Assembly: GCA_013265495.1 (NCBI GenBank)
Contig: MU058824.1
Span: forward strand, 806,001 to 870,000
From: Vicugna vicugna
Taxonomy: Eukaryota
Reading direction: 5' to 3'
Length of the DNA stretch: 64,000 nucleotides
Shown here: one piece after another, positions 52,501-64,000 of the stretch
Position numbering within the stretch: the first letter of the stretch is position 1
Layout of the letters: each line of letters opens with the position of its first letter
The notes under the pieces: generated by a model
The model's input: the letters and a program-made list of their open reading frames with translations, nothing else
What the model was told of the DNA's origin: nothing
The model's database searches: none
Program-made: the position numbers and the translations under genes

Positions 52501-52919
52501 AGGCTAATGCCATCTTGGCCATGACAGGATAGCTGAATACAGCATTAGGATCCTAGAAAATCTTTGTAAGTTTCTAGATCAGGAAAGATAAGAAGCAGTT
52601 TGTTTCAGTGGTGAACTATCAGCATTAGGCAGAAAGGCCCATGAAAATAGAAAGACATTTTACATTAAACCTATTATACATTTATATAAATCTATAAACT
52701 TAAACAAAACTTTGAAAAACAAAACCTGTCTCTTTCACATGCTCTAATATTTTCCAATATTTCCTCTTCTGCTCTTCTATTATTCTCTTCTGTCCTAGCT
52801 TATCCTATCCTATACTATTCTATTTTATCCTATTCTAATTTATTAAATACAATGCTGGATGTAATTCTAAATTTTGTTTTATGACCCATTAATTTAAAAT
52901 ATTGACATAGAAGATGTGT

Positions 52920-53090
52920 ATGATCCCAGAGGTTGGAAGTAGTACTTTGAGATGAAAATTAGAGCAAATTTCAGCTCAAAACAAGAAGAAACAACTAATA
53001 ATTAGACCCACTCAAATATAGAATGGGTCTCTCAAGATAGTGATTATTGAACATTTTCAAGATTAGACCTAATTTATATGCTGTGTCTAT
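52920..53090 (+). mobile_element. L3/CR1 3' fragment
   Basis: gcaaatttcagctcaaaacaagaagaaacaactaataattagac...tagaatgggtctctc. Confidence 0.55.
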
Positions 53091-54011
53091 GGATGAGGAA
53101 TCTTCCCACTTCAAAGACTCCAAGAGCCCACAACTCTGAAATAAAAGAAAAACTATAGAACATAAAGGGAAATTTTGAGTTCAAAAAAGCTGAAAATAAA
53201 GAGGCCAGGAGGATGGGTAGGAGAGTTTGGGAGGTTCTTTCCTTAGTTTCTGTCCAGTTAAAGAGAAAACATTCTCTGTTACATTTCTGTTCCCTACTAA
53301 GTGATCTCCCTTCCTTAGAACAGTTTTTACTGATGTTGACAGTAAGAGGTTTTGAAGCTGTTGCTGCTAAGGTACTGGAACGTTCATTTTTCAAATTTTA
53401 CGGTCACATGAAGCCTCCTTCACAGCTTAAGTAGTTGTCTTTTGAATGATCTCCCAGCCTGTGTGTCTGTACCCTGGGCTTAGTAATGTCAGATGTGGAG
53501 TCAGTACAAATAATTGCCCATTGCATAAATGAATGAATGCATCATGAATGAATGACGATTCCACTATCCTCCTTAAACCGAGCATCTTTGAGTCACTGGT
53601 GCATATCTTGATTGGGAAAGTAGTATGTTTATGAGTAAGCAAGAATGGTAAATTGTTAAAATGTTCACCAGCACATGATACCTAGGCATTCAGGAAATTT
53701 TTAGAGACAGGGACTCCTTTGAGCATCTCATGAAAGTTATGGCTTCTATCCTCAGAAAAATAAACATATGCATATTTATACAAATTATTCATATAATTTC
53801 AGGAGTGTAGTTATTCACTTTCTGGCCTAATGTTAGGTTCAACAATTGGGTCTGCCTCAAATGGAAATTTTTTATAGTTTTTGTATTTGCCTGAGGAAGT
53901 AGGATTTTGGAGAGAACAGAATGTACCTTTATTATGTACCAGGTACAAGGTCAGTGTTTTATTTACATTAATTAATTTACTTTTCATAGTAATCTTGTGA
54001 GGTATTACATT

Positions 54012-54140
54012 TTCTCTCTCTCTCTATATATATATATAAAATCTTCATGTGTATTATGTATGTACATGTATATACATATACCATATATGGAGATACTATA
54101 TGTATATATGTACATATATATGCATATGCACATACACACA
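54012..54140. repeat. Compound (CT)n/(TA)n/(CA)n microsatellite
   Basis: ctctctctctctatatatatatat...tatatacatatacc...gcacatacacac. Confidence 0.85.
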
Positions 54141-54459
54141 AGAATATCACATTTATCCCACCCCATCTTCTTTCCTGTCCTTCCTTTTCTTTCTGCCTTC
54201 AATAAATAGCCTCCATCACCTCTTCCCTCTCAGCTCAGAATTTAAAACACAAAAATATTGTTTAGCACTCATCTTTGGAGAAGCTCGCTCTCACCTGGTG
54301 ACTTCTCTAAAACAAAAGGCTGCTTAACTTCCTGGGGCAGGAACATAGACTTTTTCTATTTTTTTCTGATGAGTTTGGGTAGTGAGAAACAAGACACAAG
54401 TTAATTTTTCAATTGGTTATAATCTGTTATGTTATATTCTCAATAAAGTGTCCTGAACG

Positions 54460-55090
54460 AGGGCACAGAAATAAAACAAGACCTAGTTCTTGCCCTCAAG
54501 AAGTTTACTATGTAGCTTGAATTAAATTATGTTGTATGTTTAATTAGAATCCAGTGGTCCAGAGCTTCATAAATATATCCTTCATGAATAAATGGTTTAC
54601 ATCATTGAGTCTATTGAGTAGTGTGTGCTGATGAGTGCCAGTGGTCTTTGGGGAATGAGGTCTGGTTTACAGTGTTTCAAATCATTGGCATAGACAACTT
54701 AAACCAGGGTTATGGAGGAAATCACCCAGAAACACTATAGAGAGTGAGAAAGCTTTACTAAAGCCAGGATGCTGAGCAATGCCACCATTTATCAAGTGGG
54801 AAAGGAAGAGAATCAACAGTGAAACAGTGAAAGTGAGCAACCAGAGTGAAGATGCGAGGAGAAATCAAAAGAATGTTGTTTAAAGCCAAGGGAAGAGATT
54901 TTAAGAAGTGTGAGGCTAGCAACATCATGCCACAGGCAGGAAGTAAGAGAATCCTGGAATAATTAATGGACATGGTTCTCAGGAATTCACAGTGATATTG
55001 GTAAGACCAATATCTGTGAAGTGGTGAAGTGGAAACCGTTGCTGTAGGTTGCAGAGTAAGTGGGAAGTGGAGCAATTGAGAACTCAATTA
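54460..55090 (-). mobile_element. L2 LINE fragments
   Basis: aaacaagacctagttcttgccctcaagaagtttac; gatgaaatcaccca-type and aagccaagggaagag motifs. Confidence 0.6.
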
Positions 55091-55094
55091 TGTA

Positions 55095-55250
55095 CCAGTG
55101 GTTCCCAAATGCTGGACCATGGACATAGCTGTGTCAGAGTCACCTATGGAAATGTAAATTCCTGGCTTCAATCACACGTTTTCTGAATCAGTAAGTCTAG
55201 GGTGGGTCCCAAGAATCCATATTTCTAAAAAGCCTAGTTTGAGAATCATC
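55095..55250. mobile_element. MER5A-type hAT element
   Basis: cagtggttcccaaatgctggaccatggac...ctgaatcagtaagtctagggtgggtcccaagaatcc...tttgagaatca. Confidence 0.75.
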
Positions 55251-55975
55251 AGAATGTAAAGTCCATGAGGGCAAAGGTTGTCCCTGTCTCATTCACCACT
55301 GTATCTCCAGGAGCTAGATCAACTTCTGCTCATGAAAGTTTCTCAGTAACTATGCAGAATAGCAGTTCTGTAACTGAACTGTTGGCATCAATTACTTTGC
55401 ATAGAGTAGTATTAATAGTAACAACATTAGCCACGTAAATCAGTAAGGATGCAATAGACCAATGGCTTTAAGTAGAGACCGTCAGGAACTGGGAAGCTAA
55501 AATGATAAATAAGCTTGAGACACTATTCATTTATGTTCATTGCTTCAAAACTGATAAGTATGGCAAAAGTCTCTGGGGCAGCTACTGGCAAATTGAAACT
55601 GATTCACTAGAATTGTTCATTTTAACAGGAGGAGCTGTTTCTATCTCTGATAATAAGGTCTACTGAAAGGCAGTGTGCTATAATAGAAGGGACTCTTGGC
55701 ATCTGCTAGATGTTAGTTGTACCTTATACCTGGCTTGTGCAGTGATTGAGTTTATGAGCTCTGGATTCCTGTGGGTTTATGTGATTAATTCTAGAAAGAT
55801 GGGAGATAAGTATGAATCCATCCTCTACCAAGTATTGTCCAAAGACTAAACAAATAACATTCCTCCAACTATATATATTAACATTTCTCCAATGAACACG
55901 TATGCTATTATAATTAATAAAATGCAACTTAATCAACAAGTGCTAGTGATTATCTAAGAACTTCCAGAGGTTATA

Positions 55976-56058
55976 AATTAGGCTGAACCATATAAAATTA
56001 CCATTTTTATGAGTCACAATGGTTAAATCCTGGCAGTTTCATGTAGTGTAATCTAATA
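55976..56058. mobile_element. MADE2 mariner-derived MITE (about 80-bp palindrome)
   Basis: ttaggctgaaccatataaaattacc ... ggcagtttcatgtagtgtaatctaa, imperfect terminal inverted repeats. Confidence 0.8.
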
Positions 56059-56142
56059 TTTTATCAATAAAACAAATGATACAAAAATTATGATTTTGAT
56101 CTCATGGTAGTCAGCAAAGATTTTAGAATTATAGAGGGGTCC

Positions 56143-56620
56143 TATGGTAGCCAGTCTCCAAAATAGCCCTCATGATTCTCACCTCATGGTATTCACGTAC
56201 AGGGATAATCCTCTCCCTTTGAATGTGGTCTGGACTTAGTGACATGTTTCTAATGAATAGGCTACTGCAGAAGTGATGGTACGTCACTCTTAAAATTTGG
56301 TTATAAAGAGACTGTGGTTCCCATCTTGGGTGTATTCTCTTTCTATGTCTCTCTTTGGATCACTCAGTCTGAAGGAAGCCAGCTGCCTTATCATGAGGAC
56401 ACAGAGGCAGCCTATGGAGAGACCCTTATCCCGCATGGGGAGAAATGGAGACCTCCAGCCACCAACCACAGGAGACAGCCTGGAAAAGGACTCCAGCCCC
56501 TGTCAGGTCTTGAGATGAGCCAGAGTCTCCCAGCTAAGCTGCTCCCATACTCCTGACCTTCTGAAACTGTATGAGAGCATAAATTTTTTTTTGTTATAAA
56601 CTGCTAAGTTTGGAGGTTGT
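56143..56620 (+). mobile_element. MaLR LTR (MLT1F-like), 3' tip missing
   Basis: ccctttgaatgtggtctggacttagtgacatgtttctaatgaatagg...tcctgaccttctgaaactgtatgag...ctaagtttgg. Confidence 0.85.
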
Positions 56621-57462
56621 TTATTTTTTTCTAACATTTTTTATTGATTTATAATCATTTTGCAATGTTGTGTCAAATTCCAGTGTTCAGCACAATTTTT
56701 CAATCATACATGGACATATACACACTCATTGTCACATCTTTTTCTCTGTGAGCTACCATAAGATTTTGTGTATATTTCCCTGTGCTATACAGTATAATCT
56801 TGTTTATCTATTCTACAATTTTGAAATCCCAGTCTATCCCTTCCCACCCTCTGCCCCCCTGGCAACCGCAAGTCTGTATTCTATGTCTATGAGCCTACTT
56901 CTGTCCTGTATTTATGCTTTGGTTTTTTGTTTGTTTGTTTGTTTTTGTTTTTGTTTTTTAGATTCCACATATGAGTGATCTCATATGGTATTTTTCTTTC
57001 TCTTTCTGGCTTACTTCACTTAGAATGACATTCTCCAGGAGAATCCATGTTGCTGCAAATGGCGTTATGTTGTCAGCTTTTATGGCTGAGTAGTATTCCA
57101 TTGTGTAAATATACCACATCATCTTTATCCAATCACCTGTTGATGGACATTTAGGCTGTTTTCATGTTTTGACTATTGTAAATAGTGCTGCTATGAACAT
57201 TGGGGTGCAGGTGTCATCCTGAAGTAGGGTTCCTTCTGGGTACAAGCCCAGGAGTGGGATTCCTGGGTCATATGGTAAGTCTATTCCTAGTCTTTTGAGG
57301 AATCTCCACACTGTTTTCCATAGTGGCTGCACCAAACTGCATTCCCACCAGCAGTGTAGGAGGGTTCCTCTTTCTCCACAGCCTCTCCAGCATTTGTCAT
57401 TTGTGGATTTTTGAATGACGGCCATTCTGACTGGTGTGAGGTGATACCTCATTGTAGTTTTG
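56621..57462 (-). mobile_element. Young L1 3' end (ORF2 Cys-rich C-terminus and 3' UTR)
   Basis: ORF 57162-57452 [11 protein letters not shown]...[19 protein letters not shown] (CX3CX7HX4C), few disruptions. Confidence 0.95.
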
Positions 57463-59085
57463 AAGTGCTATTGAAATGCTAGTTTTCATTGGTGATAGAA
57501 TTAATCACTTTTCGCCAATGATAAGTTGACCAAGGTTATATAGCTAGTTGGTTGCAGAATAGAAACTTACACCAAAGTCTCCTAATGCTAAGACTAGGGC
57601 TTCCTAACTTTGGGGTTATGTTTACTATATGAGCCTCAGTTTCCTCATAAATAAAATGAATAGATTGGACCAAGTGATGCAGGGTCTTTTAAAGTTTTGA
57701 ACCGGCACTGATCAGAACCTCAGGGAAGGATTCTTGTCTAGGTGACTGAGTTCCCAGAGATCTGGGGTGAGATGTGAAATTCCCGAGGTTTCAGAGTCTG
57801 GCCAGGTTGAGGGCTCATGCTAGGGGAGGCTTTGTGATGTGCTCAGTGTAGGTGGCAGACTTGGTGCCATGCAGAGGCTGTTGATGCCACTGCCAGGGAA
57901 GATGGGGCTTGCTCCTCTGCTTGTGCTGCCAGCCTCCACAAACCCTTGCAATAACATCCTATCATTTGTCATTTCAAACCACATATACTTTGGATTTGTA
58001 CTGGTGCCAGGAGAATTCATAATAAATTCAGTTTCCCATTCATTGAGGAAAGAATGTAAGGCTTGAGGGGAAAAAATCTGGAAACATTGCCTTGGAGCTT
58101 CTGTTGAAGATGATGAACATTACATTTCAAATAGGGCTGAGAAAGTCATGATTCAAAGTTAGAGTGTTTGTTTGGAATGGTACAAGCCTGATCATGCTAA
58201 AGTTTGTATAGCACTCAACAGTTTACATAGCACACTACATATATGTTCTAATTTGAAGCTAGTTCTTCTCATTTTCATCTAAGTAACTTTAAACCTCAGG
58301 GGTTTAGGGTTAGTCAGGTGATTTGTGGAGAATCAACTCTTGAACTTTGGTGATAGATTTCCAAATTGTGTTCCCTTTCCACTGGACTACTCCGGCTCCT
58401 CTTGTTGTACCGTTTCTTGTTTCCAGCAGTGGTGATTTTGTAACTGTTGCTGGCCTTGTCCTCCAAGAGTATGGGACTCCTCAAAAGCAGGTTAAAAAGA
58501 AAGATGTGATTATGGTCACACATCATGAGAGAGGAGGTTTATAATCTGAGATGCCTGACGGATGCATGCAGAGTGTGGCAGGCAGAGTTCAGCTGTGTCT
58601 GTAAACCACTAAACATCTCCATGAATGTGGAAGATTGGTGCTTGATCCTGCAAATACATGGCTTCGTGGTTGGAGAATCAAAGCCTCTTTGTGGGAGCCA
58701 AAGGAGCTAGGCTTTGCTCTTTCTCTCTTAAATGCTGATGATACTATGGCAGTCCCTGGTCCCTGGTGGGGGCAGTGTGGAGAAGGCTGAGTAAGGAGGT
58801 GGGGTCAGGAATAAGTTCAGGTAGGAAAGAATTGGCTCAGGGCTGGGATCACTGACTGGGGAGGTAGCTGCTGCAGCAAATGTTGTTTGGGTGTTTGGAA
58901 TTGGGCAGATCAGATCGAAATCCCAGTACCGCCTCTGGATGGCTGTGCGACTTTGGGCAAGTCACTCCATCTTCTTTGTCCCTTGTTTTCACAACAAAAA
59001 AATCAGTGAAAATACTGTTGCCTGTTCTGTGTACCTATTTGTTTAGACTGTCCCCTGAGATCTCATGCTGGATAGGGCTTTCGAG

Positions 59086-59589
59086 CAGAGGTTGGCAAAA
59101 TACAGTCTGTGAGCCAAATCCAGGCTGCTGCCTGTTTCTGTACAAAGCATAAACAAAGACATTTTACATTTTAAAATGGTTGAAAAACAAGACCAATATT
59201 TTGTGATACATGAAAATTTTATTAAATTATATATCTATATATAATTATATGTTATTATATACATGTAAATGTAAGTGTATTTATATTATAATGTGTAGTG
59301 TTATACATATTATACTATAACACAATAATTATATATAATTTATATAAATAAATTTATTTACATATATAAACTTATTTACATATAAATTATGTACAAATAC
59401 GAAATTAAATTTCAATATCCATAAAGAAAGCTTTGCTGGACCACAGTTGTGCTCATTCACGTGCTATCATTGTCTATACTACTTTCATGCTACAATAGCA
59501 GAGCTGAGTAGTTATGACAGAGACCATATGATCTATAAGCCTGAAATAGTTACTATATGGCCCTTTACAGAAAAAGTTGTCTGACCTGC
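59086..59589 (+). mobile_element. MER58B-like hAT element with an internal AT-rich expansion
   Basis: cagaggttggcaaaatacagtctgtgagccaaatcc...gagctgagtagttatgacagagacc...ggccctttacagaaaaagtt. Confidence 0.85.
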
Positions 59590-59879
59590 TTTTTTCAAGG
59601 CTTGTAATGCTCATTTAACACTGTGGGGAAGCAGATAAGTGGGGTTATTACTCTTCTCTACAGGTAAGAAAAGGGAGTCTTCAAGAGAAAAAGTGAATCA
59701 ATTAATGCCACATAATTTAAAAAACAAAACAAAACAGAGTTTAGACTGGAACCCACACTTCCTAACTGCAGGTGACATTGTCTTAATTCATGATTGTAAG
59801 TCCCTACCCAAGTCTGTAGACTTTGATTAAACAGTAGACAAATATGAGATCAAGTTGCAGTAGGGAGGTTAGCAAACAG

Positions 59880-60600
59880 ACTATAAAGCCAAAGCCAGGG
59901 AGAACTGTTTGTAAATGCAGGAACCCAAACATCTAGACCACTAGAGAAGCTGTCAAAATATACAAGAGGCGATGTGATTAGCAACAAACATAAGGGAAAC
60001 CTTCCAACCTCACTAGTGGAACTACAAAAACTGCAAAGAACTACAAAAAATATATCTATTTTTTACTGAGATACTATTATACAGTCTAAATCAGCAAAAA
60101 TGTTACATAATCGTGATACCTTTAAAGGTGATGTTGTGGTAAAACTGGAATACTTATGTATACATTGCTCATAGTAATGTAAAGTCATTAAAAAATACCT
60201 CACTACCTTTAAATACTGTGTATTAAGAGTCTTTGAAATGTTCTTATTCTTTTACTCATTGATTCCATTTCTGAAAATCTATCCTTAAAAATAATTCCAA
60301 ATCCAGAAAAAGGTATTCATTGCAGTATTATTTAGCATCAATTTGAAAGTAACTTAAGAGTCCCAAAATAGAGCTGGTTAAGTAAATTGTGGTATATCAG
60401 CCTGATGGAATATTATGCAGCCTCTACACCACTAGAGACTAGATAACAAGATGGAAACAAAATTTTATAATTTGAAGCAAAAAAAAAAACAGAATAAAGC
60501 TTGTAATTTTTCTGTGGTTTTTCCTATGCAAAAATTATATCTGTAGTGGAACAAGGAGAAATGAAAACAAGTGTTTCCTTAAGGTGATAGTGCTCCAAAT
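59880..60600 (+). mobile_element. Ancient L1 (L1ME-type) 3' region
   Basis: gttcttattcttttactcattgattccatttctgaaaatctatcc...aaattgtggtatatcagcctgatggaatattatgcagcc. Confidence 0.7.
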
Positions 60601-61949
60601 CCATTATTGTTACAGCATTGACTGGATAGTAAAAATACTGGAGATCTTGTGCCCTGGGGATTAGGTCTGATTTGACTCAGTCACTTTGTTGGTTTATGCT
60701 TATACTGAAGCCTCATGCTTCCGTTTACCTCAGGCCAGGATATTGTCCAGAGTTGCAGGGTTGAGGAGGCATTCCTGCCAGAGTTAGACAGGTAAGAAAG
60801 AGAGGACCAGGAGGTAGGCAGGTCTCTTCAGCAGATATTCATGGAAGGCTCTCAGCTAGCATGGTGGTTGCACTGCCTTAGAGAGATGCTGGACTCAGAA
60901 TCAAAACTCTGCAACTCAAGACCTGAGCCTGAGGCTTGCTCAGATGTGAGGAAACATGGTCCATCACCCAGTAATAGAGAAGGACTTTGGGGCTGACCTG
61001 CTAGACACCAAGAAGACAGGCAGGAATTAGACTCAGCTTTGTCCCTAAGGAGCCCCGGAAGGGGACAACTACAATACACCGGATACTGTAGGGAAAAGGA
61101 ATGTTAAACACGCCCAAAATGTTCAGAGGAGGAGAGCCCCCCAGCACAGTTTGAGCATCTCTGCTGTTCTGAGACTCTCCAGCTGGCTTAATTGATGATC
61201 ATTTTGCACTGATTGAACACTAGTGTTTATTCTGCGTTCACATCAGCTTCTCATTATTTATGGATTTTGATCTTACAGAACATTTATATTGAAAGCCCTG
61301 TGAGGATATTTTGCATCTTTCCAGTGTAAAGACTCCCCCACTCTTCTCTCATTTGTTTCTTACACTAGACTGCATTTTTCTTTCGTGAAAATCCTGGACT
61401 CAAATTTTCCCTGAAATTTTGAAATTTCAAAATTTCCTTCAGTAATTTATCTTTCTACTTCCTGTATGGGTCATTGGTACCACCTTCCCCACCTCCTCTT
61501 CTCCATAAGCCCCACTCTGAACTTCCCCAATGAGATGGTAGCAGGGGTAGAGATAAAACATGTTAGCCAGGAATACCAGGGGAAGCAGAGAGTGTGAGAC
61601 TTGGAAGATTGGCAGGGTTGGGGCAAGAATATAGGGGATTATTTGGGGAACAGTGAGTGGTTCAGTTTGGAATTAATCCAAGAGTTATATTTGTATTATT
61701 TTCATTTTCTGGAGATATGGAGCATGGTATGAGAAATGGGATTTATCTTGGCAGATGTCCTAGGAGAAAAATAGGTCATCTAGGGGGATGCTAAAGGGTT
61801 TCCCTCCTTGGGCCTATGAATGACACTGTGGCTTCAGGAAGCCTTGGGACTTGGTTAACAAGATGTTAGGAAGTATGAACAATCCCAGTAAAAGCAGAAG
61901 TAAAAACTAGATAGTCCTTAAACAAATTCCTCACATTTCTGTAATATAA

Positions 61950-62150
61950 TCATCATCATAATGATCACTATCTATTGAGTGCCTATGTGAGATATTATTG
62001 TTTCCATTTTAAAGATGAGGAAACTGAAGCTTACAGAGCTGAGAGACTTGCCCAGGATCACACAGCTAGTAAGAGCTGATGTTAGAACTCAAACCCAGGT
62101 TCATCATACCTCAAAGCCTGTGCCCTTTTAGCACCATTCTGTTACCTCTA
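61950..62150 (-). mobile_element. MIR SINE inserted in the Gypsy-like gag
   Basis: ccattttaaagatgaggaaactgaagcttacagagctgagagacttgcccaggatcacacagctagtaag. Confidence 0.9.
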
Positions 62151-62529
62151 GACCTGTGTGAAGTGGCAAGGTGGTGAGGATGGTGCGGATTAACCACTTA
62201 CCAGGTGCTTTTCTCCAGGGACTGAAGAGGAATAAGACATGGCCCTGGGAACATTTTAAGACATTATCTATGGGGCAGACCACTAACAATGGATGCCCCA
62301 TAGACAAAGGGCAGCTGCAGTGGATGAGGACCCAGCTGTCCTTTCTGTGAAACTAAAACTGGAGTCATTGGGACAGATCTTCCTGGAGTAAATTGTCAAG
62401 AGAAGAGATGAGAACACTGGGTACTGTGTGTGGAAGAATAATACAGCTGCTAACAGCTGCAGGGATGTTGCTAGTAGAATAGCATCAATATACTCTGGAC
62501 AGTTCTTTGTAGTTTGTGGAGCTCCTTCC

Positions 62530-62685
62530 CTTTCATCATTTCATGATCATCTCACTCCAACCCTGGTTTACTGAGGGTGATAATCTTCCTTTTACAAACT
62601 AGAGATGCTATGCGATTTTCCTTAGGTCACACAGCTTGTTAGCGATGCTATTTGCATTCAAGTTTTCTGAAGCCATTCTTCCCAC
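62530..62685 (-). mobile_element. MIR SINE fragment
   Basis: ttttacaaactagagatgctatgcgattttccttaggtcacacagcttgttag. Confidence 0.6.
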
Positions 62686-64000
62686 TCCATCCCCTTTTCC
62701 ATCATATTTCTAAAGGGATTTGGTGATCGATGGGAAAAACAAAGATGATGCTTGCCAAGAGGAGTTGAGGGAAGTGAAAAGAATAAGATGTCACGAGGAA
62801 ACAAAATCATTGAGACTAAATACCAGATACAGCAAAGAAACAGCAGAATCAAAGAAGTTCTTTCTGAGGACAGGCTGCCAGAATGGGCTTGGATAGGTCA
62901 GCTGCATCTGAAGTCCACAGAGGGAGTGAGAAGATAGGTGGGAGACACATCTAGAGAATGGCATGCAAGCCTACTTCAAGTGGAATCCACTTTGAGGGAC
63001 TAAGGAAGGGAATGGCAGGGTTTAACAGAGCAGGAAGGTAAAAGGAGAGGATGCCCAGAGATCAGGGACTCATTCATTTGTGAGGAAAGTGGAGGTTCAG
63101 CACAAATTTTGAAAGATAGAAATCATTACCAAAAATGGATGAAGCCCCACTGTGTAATAGAGATGACATAAAAACAGAAACTGGGGATGTATTCTTAGAT
63201 AAGGCACAAGAGCATCAAAAATGGATGAACTCTTATTACAGTAATTAAGGCTGGTGTTTTTTAAAGAGCACTATTGGGAATGAAGAAATTGAATTTGGGA
63301 GTCACTTGAGCCAGATGACCATCTTTGGGATGCTGTGGGAAGTATTTATTCTCATGTCCCCTTGAGTTCTAGTCCACTTCTTGGTTGGACTGTTGAGGCC
63401 GCTGACCAGACTGACAGGTCTGGCTATTTCTGAATATCAACCAGGCGTTTGTCCCTTGGCTGTGCCTTTGGTTGGATTCCACAAGCTGCGATGAGTAATA
63501 TTCATGAATCCTATTCTAAAGATGCTAATTGCTCTTTAAGAGTACTATTATTGGATATCACAAACCTTTTTATAGAAGTAGCCAAGTAATAGATTCAGTC
63601 AGTCCCCTTAGCCCCATAACCTGGAAGAGGATGTTTTAAAAGTAAATTTGCTTTTTATATTCCATGAGAAGTTTAACAATTTCAATATCAGGGAGCATTA
63701 CTTGATTCTTCTTCAAATTTTTTAAAGACATCCCAAAATAAATTTGTTACAATATGAATGGAATCATTTAAGAAACTCTAATTCATAATGATATTTGGAA
63801 AGAGAGTGGTAACTTGATGTAGATATTTTTAAAAATTCAACTTAATTAATGGCTTTTGCTAAGGGCCCACTTTAACTCAGTGGGGGTGGTCTATGTATTG
63901 TGGACTTTATCAGATAAATGGATGATATTATTCTTGATTTTAAAGTGTCTTATCTGGGATTGAGTTCACTACAAACTGTAGGTATCAAGAAATCTGAGAA

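Larger units (their letters stand above)
61690..64000 (+). mobile_element. Decayed Ty3/Gypsy internal region (PNMA-like gag, protease-like, RT), MamGyp-int-like
   Basis: Ordered degenerate motifs: FSGD, WQMS*EKNR..LKG, KFLT, QGGE..D*, KLKL..FLE*I..RRDE; LPE.GL..EGV..DT; RFSQSP*, EKFNNFNIREHY, MAFAKGP, FIR*MDDIIL, LQTVGIK. Confidence 0.6.

Noticed and set aside
57162..57452. 96-aa ORF with a CCHC-like motif
   Set aside because: It is the L1 ORF2 C-terminus in a 5'-truncated element, not a host gene; the same applies to ORFs at 23706 and 24605
61536..61547. TGGTAGCAGGGG resembling a tRNA-iMet primer-binding site upstream of the Gypsy gag
   Set aside because: Only an 11/12 match, no LTR-terminal CA adjacent, and too close to the capsid motifs; could be chance
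63130..63229. 14-bp direct repeat CAAAAATGGATGAA (63130 and 63216)
   Set aside because: Only two copies and no A-tail or array structure; not CRISPR-like and not clearly a TSD
1..64000. Prokaryotic-type systems (CRISPR, operons, defence islands) or an intact novel gene
   Set aside because: The DNA is CpG-depleted mammalian sequence dominated by decayed repeats; the longest listed ORF is 133 aa and none resembles a recognisable host protein

Overview
This is repeat-rich, non-coding mammalian genomic DNA. The tRNA-Ala-derived SINE at 20.3 kb and the young L1 3' ends point to a camelid (alpaca/llama/camel); that assignment is an inference from recognised repeat sequence. I found no credible host protein-coding exon, RNA gene, CRISPR array or prokaryotic system. 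The ORF track is short chance ORFs or decayed L1 ORF2 pieces. The window is a layered record of transposon fossils: MIR, L2, L3/CR1, L1, MaLR/ERVL/ERV1 LTRs, hAT MER elements and MADE2. The most notable signals are: (1) a heavily decayed Ty3/Gypsy internal region at about 61.7-64 kb, with PNMA-like gag, protease-like and RT motifs in the correct order; (2) a CpG-rich, probably young solo LTR with a perfect YY1 motif and GC boxes at 11.8-12.4 kb; (3) a long L3/CR1 fossil that retains ORF1 esterase-like segments, appears internally inverted and is split by nested insertions, including a textbook twin-primed L1; (4) a short TSD-flanked processed-mRNA retrocopy of an unidentified gene at 33.5 kb. 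Repeat subfamily names were assigned by eye, and boundaries are approximate unless TSDs are given.
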